A stretch of 32,000 nt of DNA from contig NZ_LT934425.1 of assembly GCF_900232105.1 (NCBI RefSeq), positions 2,790,001 through 2,822,000 on the forward strand. Direction: 5' to 3'. Each line of letters begins with the position of its first letter. Within the stretch, counting starts at the first letter, position 1. Source of the stretch: Candidatus Kuenenia stuttgartensis. GTDB lineage: Bacteria > Planctomycetota > Brocadiia > Brocadiales > Brocadiaceae. Shown piece after piece: positions 8,284 to 15,613 of the stretch. A model generated the notes under the pieces. The model saw only the letters and a program-made list of their open reading frames with translations, was not told the origin of the DNA and searched no databases. A program made the translations under genes and the position numbers.

Positions 8284-9413
8284 TGGCAATCTTAATAATC
8301 CTTTTTCTTGCTACTTGTTTTCTCTCATATTCAAATGGCGCTAATGACAACTTTAAAGGGGTAGCTACGCTCTTTGGAAGTAAGACCACGAATTATAAAT
8401 ACGCAATCTGGTGGGCAACTATTACAACATTTGCAGGTTCGCTGGCTTCCCTATTTTTTGCATACGGTCTTGTGAAGACCTTTTCTGGTAAAGGCTTGGT
8501 TCCCCAAAGCATATCCTCTGCTCCTGAATTCCTCACAGCAGTGGCGATTGGCGCTGCCATTACCGTTATGGTTGCAACGATTACAGGGTTTCCAATCTCA
8601 ACCACTCATAGCCTGACAGGCGCCCTGGTCGGCGCTGGTTTTGTAGCCGTGGGTTCACAGGTTAATTTTGCCGTTCTGGGCAGCGCCTTTTTCATGCCGC
8701 TTTTACTCAGTCCTGTTATTGCCACCGCTCTTGGCAGCGGTCTTTATATTATTTTTCGGAATATGCGTATCCGTTCCGGCATAACTAAGGAATGGTGCCT
8801 TTGTGTTGGTGAACAGAGAAAAGCAATTCCATCATGTACGCCCACTCCCGCTCTGAGTGTAAAATACGGTAACACTATCAGTGCTGCAATTGACACCGAA
8901 GAAAACTGTCAGGAAATTTACCATGGACGTTTTCTGGGTATAAATAGCCAGAAATTGCTGGATGCTTTGCATTTTTTCTCTGCCGGGGTTGTCAGCTTTG
9001 CGCGGGGTCTTAATGATACGCCAAAGATTGTGGCGCTCTTATTATTGGTTAAAGGTTTGTCGATACACTGGGGCATGCTGGCTGTTGCTGTTGGAATGGC
9101 TGCCGGCGGGCTTTTGAATGCAAGAAAAGTGGCTGAAACCATGAGTAATAAAATCACAAAATTAAACCACGGTCAGGGCTTTACAGCAAACCTTGCCACC
9201 AGTATTCTTGTAATATTTGCCACTAAGCTTGGGATGCCGGTATCTACAACACACGTATCCGTAGGCTCTCTTTTTGGCATAGGGTTAATTACAAGGCGTG
9301 CCAACATTCGCAAAGCGCTGGAAATACTTTTATCATGGTTCATAACCTTGCCTGTTGCCGCAGTATTTAGCGGCGGCACGTATTGGATATTAGGAAACTG
9401 GTTATTCAATTAA
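8283..9413 (+). CDS. PiT (PHO4) family inorganic ion transporter
   Basis: 376 aa and polytopic. It has the duplicated GANDxxK/...TTH signature (GANDNFKG ... ISTTHSLTGA ... GLNDTPK ... VSTTHVSVGS). The central loop is Cys-rich (CLCVGE..SCTP..NCQE). Confidence 0.8.
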   Translation: MAILIILFLATCFLSYSNGANDNFKGVATLFGSKTTNYKYAIWWATITTFAGSLASLFFAYGLVKTFSGKGLVPQSISSAPEFLTAVAIGAAITVMVATITGFPISTTHSLTGALVGAGFVAVGSQVNFAVLGSAFFMPLLLSPVIATALGSGLYIIFRNMRIRSGITKEWCLCVGEQRKAIPSCTPTPALSVKYGNTISAAIDTEENCQEIYHGRFLGINSQKLLDALHFFSAGVVSFARGLNDTPKIVALLLLVKGLSIHWGMLAVAVGMAAGGLLNARKVAETMSNKITKLNHGQGFTANLATSILVIFATKLGMPVSTTHVSVGSLFGIGLITRRANIRKALEILLSWFITLPVAAVFSGGTYWILGNWLFN

Positions 9414-9473
9414 TTCTTCGGAAGCGAACTTTCAAGGCTGAAACCTTGAATCATTGTAATAATTTTTAACAGA

Positions 9474-9974
9474 ATGGAGAGAAGCGTGAATAAAAAAATG
9501 TTTAAATATAGATGTTTTGCTTTTTTGTTTGCAGTGAGCCTGACTATAGCCCCGGCAATTTCTTATGCAGAAGATGCAGTCAAGACGATAAAACTTACTG
9601 AATTAAACACCTTGCTTGAGAGCAACAAAGGCAAGGTGGTGATTCTTGACCTGTGGGCAACATGGTGTCCGCCCTGCCGGAAGGAGATACCCGGTTTTAT
9701 CAGTCTTTACAAGAAATACAAGGACAAAGGCTTAGAGATCATTGGTGTTGCATTTGATGAAAATGGGCCGGAAGTTGTTCCCCCATTCATGAAAGCGATG
9801 GGCATCAATTATCCCATTTATCTTGGTGAGGGCGATATTGCCCGGAAGTATGATCTACATGCCTACCCAACAACTATTGTCTACGGAAAAGACGGCAAAG
9901 CAGCCAGCAAACATGTTGGTTACGTATCAGAAGAAGAATTCGAAGACGAACTGGGGGAGTTGTTGAAAAAGTAA
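9474..9974 (+). CDS. TlpA/ResA-family periplasmic thiol:disulfide oxidoreductase
   Basis: Signal peptide, then LDLWATWCPPCRKEIP (WCPPC active site). Confidence 0.85.
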   Translation: MERSVNKKMFKYRCFAFLFAVSLTIAPAISYAEDAVKTIKLTELNTLLESNKGKVVILDLWATWCPPCRKEIPGFISLYKKYKDKGLEIIGVAFDENGPEVVPPFMKAMGINYPIYLGEGDIARKYDLHAYPTTIVYGKDGKAASKHVGYVSEEEFEDELGELLKK

Positions 9975-10004
9975 AGAGAACGGGGCACCCGTTAGAAGTC
10001 TCTT
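9974..10004 (+). terminator. Hairpin downstream of the tlpA-like gene (weak terminator candidate)
   Basis: AAGAGAACGGG-gca-CCCGTTagaagTCTCTT. No following T-tract. Confidence 0.3.
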
Positions 10005-10009
10005 GTCAA

Positions 10010-10078
10010 GCAAAACGTCACCGAACAAAAAAATCAGCTGTCGTGCTTTTTACGGTCGGCTGCATTGCCTCGTTATGA
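10010..10078 (-). other. attC-like site of cassette 3 (last cassette)
   Basis: On the minus strand, R'' TCATAAC (10078-10072) is the exact complement of the cassette-3 start G|TTATGA. The distal box is GTTTTGC (10016-10010). The internal stems are imperfect and asymmetric. Confidence 0.45.
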
Positions 10079-10132
10079 TTTGTTTTTTAGCCTTTTTGCA
10101 TCTTCAATATCTTTTGGTCTACCTATTGCTTC

Positions 10133-10176
10133 CTTGTTTTTAATTAAATCATCACTTGTTTTTAATTAAATCATCA
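10133..10176. repeat. Perfect 22-bp tandem duplication (CTTGTTTTTAATTAAATCATCA x2)
   Basis: 10133-10154 and 10155-10176 are identical. The duplication lies at the 3' end of the minus-strand nucleotidyltransferase ORF. Confidence 0.95.
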
Positions 10177-10544
10177 ACGGACAATATATTTGGGGAAATT
10201 CCTTCGAATTTGGCTTTAATAGAGCGTCTTTTTGCATCTGCAAATTTTATATCGCCGGAAATTTCTGTTATAATGTCAATCCGGCATGGTGCAACACCAA
10301 TTTGGAATATAATTCCTTTTTCCTTAAAAGTATCTTCATTAATACCATCAAGAGGGGCACCGAATTCTACCAATGCCTTGTAAAGTTTTACGGAATTATC
10401 CTTGTCTGGTTTAACCCAAATGTCAATATCAAGAGTACTTCGAGGATAGCCATGGGCGGCTAGCGCATACGCGCCAACCAAAATATAATCTACATCATGC
10501 TTTTGTAAGATTTGTAACATTTCTTTGTAATCTTGATTTAGCAT
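10152..10544 (-). CDS. Nucleotidyltransferase-fold protein, C-terminus truncated by the 22-bp duplication
   Basis: It reads DYKEMLQILQKHDVDYILVGAYALAAHGYPRSTLDIDIWV...FQIGVAPCRIDIIT. Removing one repeat copy extends the frame to ...LIKNKEAIGRPKDIEDAKRLKNKS*, ending at 10073, which matches the family C-terminus (NK.A.GR.KD). Confidence 0.7.
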   Translation of the reverse strand: MLNQDYKEMLQILQKHDVDYILVGAYALAAHGYPRSTLDIDIWVKPDKDNSVKLYKALVEFGAPLDGINEDTFKEKGIIFQIGVAPCRIDIITEISGDIKFADAKRRSIKAKFEGISPNILSVDDLIKNK

Positions 10545-10692
10545 TTATATTTCCTTTTGTTGAAATTGCCCATAATTCTTGCGTAATATCCCAAACCATT
10601 TCTATCCGATCTTTTATAGAGGCATCGACATATTCATCATTAACAATATTTTTCATTTGAGATAATTTTACAATATTTTTATTTAGTTTCAT
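10495..10692 (-). CDS. Small protein (65 aa) upstream of and overlapping the nucleotidyltransferase gene; possible partner or antitoxin-like
   Basis: An AAGGA SD precedes the ATG. The tail ...IEMVWDITQELWA...AKSRLQRNV resembles small proteins I recall beside this nucleotidyltransferase family. It overlaps the next ORF by 50 nt in another frame. Confidence 0.5.
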   Translation of the reverse strand: MKLNKNIVKLSQMKNIVNDEYVDASIKDRIEMVWDITQELWAISTKGNINAKSRLQRNVTNLTKA

Positions 10693-10715
10693 CTTAATCC
10701 TTTTATTTTAATCAA

Positions 10716-10775
10716 TCATAACGTAGAGCTAACCGGGCACGGCACGAGAGGGAGTAGGGTTGCAGCTTAAATCCT
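10716..10775 (-). other. Degenerate attC-like site of cassette 2
   Basis: The minus-strand R' is GTTATGA (10722-10716), and there is a stem AGCTgcAACC/GGTTAGCT. No recognisable RYYYAAC box complements the cassette-2 start TTATAC. Confidence 0.3.
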
Positions 10776-10817
10776 AAATAATGGCTAAAATTTATTATAA
10801 TAACGCAATAGAAAATA

Positions 10818-11108
10818 TCAATATTTAACATTTAAGATGTGACCCTTCCCCATTCCCTTGGGAGGTTTGTCCGTATTTGGTGAGTTTCCCGTTAGTACAT
10901 GATAATTTGTCACTAAAAATATAATTTTCCCTTTTGTGCTATCTTCTAAAAGATAATAGAATCCAGTCCCTTGAGAGATAACAACATTGCCTTTAAGCAA
11001 CTGTATTGGAGTTGTAATTAAAGAAATATGTTCTATTTCTTGAGCATTTGCTTGCATAACGAACACTCCTAATATTAGGAATAATATTTTTGTAGCTAAA
11101 TTTTTCAT
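10818..11108 (-). CDS. Signal peptide plus the N-terminal fragment of a trypsin-like serine peptidase domain (96 aa, likely truncated)
   Basis: GTGFYY...IIFLVTNYHVLTG fits the catalytic-His region of trypsin-like peptidases. The rest of the roughly 200-aa domain is absent. Confidence 0.5.
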   Translation of the reverse strand: MKNLATKILFLILGVFVMQANAQEIEHISLITTPIQLLKGNVVISQGTGFYYLLEDSTKGKIIFLVTNYHVLTGNSPNTDKPPKGMGKGHILNVKY

Positions 11109-11111
11109 GCT

Positions 11112-11188
11112 GTATAACGCCTCACATCACCGGCAGCGAAAAGCAGAGTGAGGAACGAGCGGCGCTTTTTGCTGTCCGAGTGCATGTG
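11112..11188 (-). other. attC site of cassette 1 (77 bp)
   Basis: On the minus strand it reads GCCTAAC (embedding the CDF TAA stop), then AATCACATgCACtCGGaCAGC ... GCTGCCGGTGATGTGAGGC, then GTTATAC. There are 16 paired bases, and all three single-base bulges are on one arm. Confidence 0.7.
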
Positions 11189-11192
11189 ATTG

Positions 11193-11795
11193 TTAGGCCT
11201 TAGTTGATTCCAGTGCATCTGCTCGTTCTTTACTGGCTGCAGTGTAAACTTGGCGTGCAGCATCCAGATTAATGAGGAATATTGCTAGCCCTACGATCAA
11301 GTCGGGCCATGCACTTAGGGTAAGTAAGGTTATGAAGCCTGCTCCAATAATGGCAACATTAGCGAAAGCGTCATTACGCGCAGAGAGAAAAGCAGCGCGT
11401 GTAAGGCTACCGCTATGTTTGCGGTAACGAACAAGGACAAATGCACAAATAATATTAACAACCAAAGCACCACTTCCAGTAAGCGACAGGAGGGTTGCGT
11501 CTGGTGGCAATGGAATGAGAAATTTCCCCCAAGCTGTCCAAAGCGTGAAAAGCCCTGGAATTAGAAGAATTGCCGCAAGCGCCATGCCGACCATTGATCG
11601 CCGATGCAAGCTCCAGCCTAGCGCCATAAAGATTAGAATATTAACTGCTGTATCTTCAAGAAAATCGATGGAGTCTGCAAAAAGTGAAACCGAGCCTATT
11701 GAATGTGCGACAGAAAACTCAACAAAAAAGTAGCCGAAATTAAGGAGGGCTACGACAAATACTGCTCGACGGAGGAGAGAATTTTTAGCGTTCAT
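11193..11795 (-). CDS. Cation diffusion facilitator (CDF) family transporter, short form without the C-terminal cytoplasmic domain
   Basis: 200 aa with 5-6 TM helices. It has FFVEF..A...GS.SL.ADS.DFLED in TM1-2 and a second acidic/His site typical of CDF TM5. Confidence 0.75.
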   Translation of the reverse strand: MNAKNSLLRRAVFVVALLNFGYFFVEFSVAHSIGSVSLFADSIDFLEDTAVNILIFMALGWSLHRRSMVGMALAAILLIPGLFTLWTAWGKFLIPLPPDATLLSLTGSGALVVNIICAFVLVRYRKHSGSLTRAAFLSARNDAFANVAIIGAGFITLLTLSAWPDLIVGLAIFLINLDAARQVYTAASKERADALESTKA

Positions 11796-11811
11796 ATAAT
11801 GTTTTCTTGAG

Positions 11812-11902
11812 GCCTAACTATTAATATACGAAATTCCAGATTACCAAAAGCTTACAGTAACTTTGCGGGATTATAGCCGGATATTTGATGTCGGTCAAGG
11901 GA
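11812..11902 (-). other. attI region with the attI/cassette-1 junction GTTAGGC
   Basis: The minus-strand GTTAGGC (11818-11812) lies 16 nt upstream of the first cassette ATG, on the intI-proximal side of the array. The extent of attI is only inferred. Confidence 0.4.
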
Positions 11903-12112
11903 ATATAGTCAAACAAATCTGGTTTTATAAACTTAGCGGTAATTTGGCTTTTTGAAAAATGGGGGCGAAGCATTTGCCTGCGTACAGTATAACTCCTTCA
12001 ACATAGCGGGGTTGGCGTATGTACAGCATTTTACGTCTCTCTCTTATATGCAGGCAAATGCTTCGCCCCTACCCAGAATGTTTTTCGAAAAACAGATTTA
12101 TTCGACTATATT
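11903..12112. mobile_element. MITE family B, copy 1 (210 bp), between attI and intI
   Basis: The outer TIRs are ATATAGTCAAACAAATCTG and CAGATTTATTCGACTATAT. The inner arms are TTTTTGAAAAA/TTTTTCGAAAAA. The core palindrome is GGGGCGAAGCATTTGCCTGC...GCAGGCAAATGCTTCGCCCCTAC. Confidence 0.75.
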
Positions 12113-12205
12113 AGGAAAAACGTTGATACGACTTCGTATAGTCTGTATAATTCCACAAAATAAGAACTTTGTATTTTATGGAATATTTGTCCATTTAAGG
12201 ATTTT

Positions 12206-13507
12206 ATGTTGAATAATATACTACCTGAATATCAAAAATATTTAATTTTCAATAAACTTGTTCCTGAAAAAAATGTCCAGTTTTACGCCTTGTGGGTGAG
12301 TAAGTTTCTGTCGTTTTCAAACAAAAATGAGGCTTTTACCGTTGATATCAAGATTGAGAAGTTTTTGGAATCTCTATCCAATGATGAAGAAATAAGAGAC
12401 TGGCAAATAGAGCAGGCCAAGACAGCATTACATTTATATGTTAATAATTTTCTTGAAGGCGACAAATCGTTAATGGATCCAAACTACCAGAAGAATAACC
12501 ATAGTAAATTTCCCGACTTTAATGCTGTTATTGATAAATTACGAGAATTAATACGTTTAAAACATTATTCATACAGCACGGAGCAAACTTATATTGAATG
12601 GGCAAAAAAATTTCATACCTTTATTTTAGATTCGAAGGGAATCAAATTTGAAATAGATACATTGGATTCAAATGATGTCCGTAATTATTTAAGTTATCTG
12701 GCATTGAAGCAAAGAGTGTCGTCTTCAACTCAGAATCAGGCATTCAGCGCGTTGTTGTTCTTATTTAAAAATGTGTTGAATGTTGAATTGGGTGATTTAG
12801 GAGATACTGTCAGGGCGAAACGTGGGACAAAATTGCCGGTGGTTTTGGCGGTGGAAGATGTGCAGGAATTATTTAAACAGGTAAAAGGAAGGAATCTTCT
12901 TATTATTCAGTTGATATACGGTTCCGGGCTCAGGCTTATGGAACTGGCCAGATTGAGGGTTAAGGATATTGATTTTGATTCGAATATGATTTTTGTACGC
13001 AGCGGCAAGGGCGATAAGGACAGGTCAACCATGCTTCCTGAATTTGTTAAACCGGAGCTGAAATTGCATCTGGATAAGGTCAAAGTACTGCATAATGAGG
13101 ATGTGGAAAAAGGATACGGTGAGGTATATTTGCCGAACGCGTTAGATAGGAAATATCCCAACGCGCCGAAAGACTGGGGATGGCAGTATGTTTTTCCTTC
13201 CGAAAGGCTTTCCGTTGATCTGAGAAGCGGGAAAATCAGGCGGCATCATTTAAGTGATAAGGCGATTCAGAATATGGTAAAAGGGGCAGTTAAAAAAGCA
13301 GGGATTGTCAAAAATGCGTCTGTTCATACCTTACGGCACAGTTTTGCGACCCATCTTTTAATGAACGGGGTTAATATCCGGGAGGTTCAGGACTTACTTG
13401 GGCATAAGAATCTCGAGACTACGATGATTTATACGCATGTAATGCGGGATATGTCGAATGCGCCGAAAAGCCCGCTGGATAATCTCTATGGGAAAAAAAA
13501 GCTATAA
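12206..13507 (+). CDS. intI: Integron integrase IntI (tyrosine recombinase) with a roughly 110-aa N-terminal extension
   Basis: It carries the IntI-specific additional domain ALDRKYPNAPKDWGWQYVFPS. Catalytic residues are present: GLRLMEL (R), HTLRHSFATH (HxxR), LLGH and MIYTHV (Y). Confidence 0.9.
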   Translation: MLNNILPEYQKYLIFNKLVPEKNVQFYALWVSKFLSFSNKNEAFTVDIKIEKFLESLSNDEEIRDWQIEQAKTALHLYVNNFLEGDKSLMDPNYQKNNHSKFPDFNAVIDKLRELIRLKHYSYSTEQTYIEWAKKFHTFILDSKGIKFEIDTLDSNDVRNYLSYLALKQRVSSSTQNQAFSALLFLFKNVLNVELGDLGDTVRAKRGTKLPVVLAVEDVQELFKQVKGRNLLIIQLIYGSGLRLMELARLRVKDIDFDSNMIFVRSGKGDKDRSTMLPEFVKPELKLHLDKVKVLHNEDVEKGYGEVYLPNALDRKYPNAPKDWGWQYVFPSERLSVDLRSGKIRRHHLSDKAIQNMVKGAVKKAGIVKNASVHTLRHSFATHLLMNGVNIREVQDLLGHKNLETTMIYTHVMRDMSNAPKSPLDNLYGKKKL

Positions 13508-13653
13508 CAAAATTGATAAACGGGTGCAACCTCTGTATTATGTAAATCGACTATGCTGCAATAGGAAATCGGAGATTCCGGGGACACCATACTTAATTTT
13601 AGGAGGTTAGAACCATTAATACGCCAAAGGTTTATTTAAAACAGCTCGAAACG

Positions 13654-15432
13654 TTGTGGTTTCAGGTAACAGGCACTCATTGTAACCTACAGTGCGCCCA
13701 TTGCTTTATCTCCTGCGGCCCCAAAAATACAACGCATGAGATGATAACCATTGATACAATACAGTGGTACTTGAAAGAGGCTGCAATGCTGGGTGTAAAA
13801 GAATTTTACTTTACCGGAGGCGAGCCTTTTTTACATCCTCATATAGTAGATATTTTACAAGAGTCACTAAAATACGGTCAGACCACAGTCCTTTCAAATG
13901 GCACCTTAATAACAGAGGATATTTCACAAACGCTAGCCCAGGTATCTCGCACATCCAAACATAAATTAGCATTCAGGGTAAGCCTGGAAAGTTTTATAGA
14001 GGAAGAAAATGACCAGATTCGTGGAGAGGGAGCATTTAAGATGGCAATCAGGGGTATTCAATCCCTGACACATGCTGGTTTTAATCCGATTATTACGGTA
14101 GCCGATTGGTCGAAATATGGAAAGTTTACGAAAGAAACGGCAGAAGAACTTCAGTTGCTTGAACGTTCTTTGAATATCCCACAGTTAAGACTCAAAAAAC
14201 TACCTTTGGTTCTCCTGGGACGATGCGCCGAATTTGTCAGACCTTACGATGAGGGCGAACGGGTTACCGATCAGTGCTTTGATAATTACCCGATGGACAA
14301 TCTCCAATGTACTACCAGCCGTATCGTGACCAGTAAAGGGGTCTTTGTCTGTCCAATACTTATTGACGATCCCAAAGCATGGATGGGACGGACTTTGCAG
14401 GAATCCCTCAATCCATATACGATGGAATCGCCCGCTTGTTATACCTGCAGAACAACGGGATTAACCTGTAAAAATGAAGCGGATGATGCTAAGGATGCGG
14501 TCAGGAAATCGGTTAATGAATTTTATGCGGCGGCCGCCATTCAGCCCCAAAAGGAACTATGCTGTCCCACCAGTTATAATGCGGCGGATATATCACACAT
14601 TCCCCTGGAGGCGCTGAATATCTCATATGGATGTGGTAGTCCAGTGACACAAGCCAACATCAAATCTGGGGAGAACGTGTTGGATTTGGGATCCGGCGGT
14701 GGAATAGACTGTTTTATTGCGGCAAAAATGGCCGGAGAACAGGGACAAATTATCGGGGTAGACATGACAGACGAAATGCTGAGAAACGCCAATGCCACAA
14801 GAGAGATTGTTGCGCGGAACCTTGGTTATAATAACGTCCGTTTTATGAAGGGGTTTCTGGAAGAAATACCGGTTACGGATGAATGTGTCGATTTGGTAAC
14901 ATCCAATTGTGTCATTAATTTGTCAGCACAAAAGGAGAAGGTCTTTCAGGAGATATTCAGGGTACTAAAGGCGGGCGGCAGATTTGTGATATCTGATATA
15001 GTTTCCGACAGGGAAGTTCCTGTGTCTATGAAACAGGATAAAAAATTGTGGGGCGAGTGCATTTCCGGGGCAATTACAGAAGCAGAGTTTTTTAATATAA
15101 CAAGGAAGATTGGTTTCTACGGACTGGAAATAGTAAATCGTTATCTCTATAAAGAAGTGGACGGCTTTACGTTTTATTCTATAACTGCGCGGGGACACAA
15201 ATTTAAGAAATCAAAGGAGTGCGTGTACACCGGCCAATATGCAATCTATAAAGGGCCATTCAGTAATGTCTCAGATGATGACGGCCATACATATCCGGTA
15301 GGAACGCCAATAGAAATTTGCATTGATACGGCATGGAAACTCTCAAACCCTCCATATGAAGGGATGTTTATACTGTCCGGTGGTATGCAAAGCAAAGATG
15401 TAAAGACAGCATGCGGGCCAAAATGCTGTTAA
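13654..15432 (+). CDS. Radical SAM domain fused to an ArsM-like SAM-dependent (arsenite) methyltransferase domain
   Basis: The N-terminus has CNLQCAHC (CX3CX2C) and FTGGEPF. The middle has a Cys-rich segment (VCPILIDD, ACYTCRTTGLTC). The C-terminus has LCCPTSY, SYGCGSP, VLDLGSGGGID, SNCVINL and WGECISGA. The start is uncertain: the frame is open from 13603 and a strong AGGAGG lies at 13601-13606. Confidence 0.8.
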   Translation: MWFQVTGTHCNLQCAHCFISCGPKNTTHEMITIDTIQWYLKEAAMLGVKEFYFTGGEPFLHPHIVDILQESLKYGQTTVLSNGTLITEDISQTLAQVSRTSKHKLAFRVSLESFIEEENDQIRGEGAFKMAIRGIQSLTHAGFNPIITVADWSKYGKFTKETAEELQLLERSLNIPQLRLKKLPLVLLGRCAEFVRPYDEGERVTDQCFDNYPMDNLQCTTSRIVTSKGVFVCPILIDDPKAWMGRTLQESLNPYTMESPACYTCRTTGLTCKNEADDAKDAVRKSVNEFYAAAAIQPQKELCCPTSYNAADISHIPLEALNISYGCGSPVTQANIKSGENVLDLGSGGGIDCFIAAKMAGEQGQIIGVDMTDEMLRNANATREIVARNLGYNNVRFMKGFLEEIPVTDECVDLVTSNCVINLSAQKEKVFQEIFRVLKAGGRFVISDIVSDREVPVSMKQDKKLWGECISGAITEAEFFNITRKIGFYGLEIVNRYLYKEVDGFTFYSITARGHKFKKSKECVYTGQYAIYKGPFSNVSDDDGHTYPVGTPIEICIDTAWKLSNPPYEGMFILSGGMQSKDVKTACGPKCC

Positions 15433-15613
15433 GATAAAATTAAAAAGAATGGTGTAGCATGTAACATATCCTTTCTCGTATTCTGCCGAATCGTCAACTG
15501 CCATTTAACCTAACAAGTTCTTTTTATTTTTTTGCAATAAAATCAGGGCTTGGGAAAATATAGCTTTGCAATCGGCAATCTACAGTCGGCAGTTGACCAA
15601 TGACTAAGACCAA

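Noticed and set aside
11952-12212. 86-aa plus-strand ORF upstream of intI
   Set aside because: It reads through the MITE-B palindrome and has no coding features.
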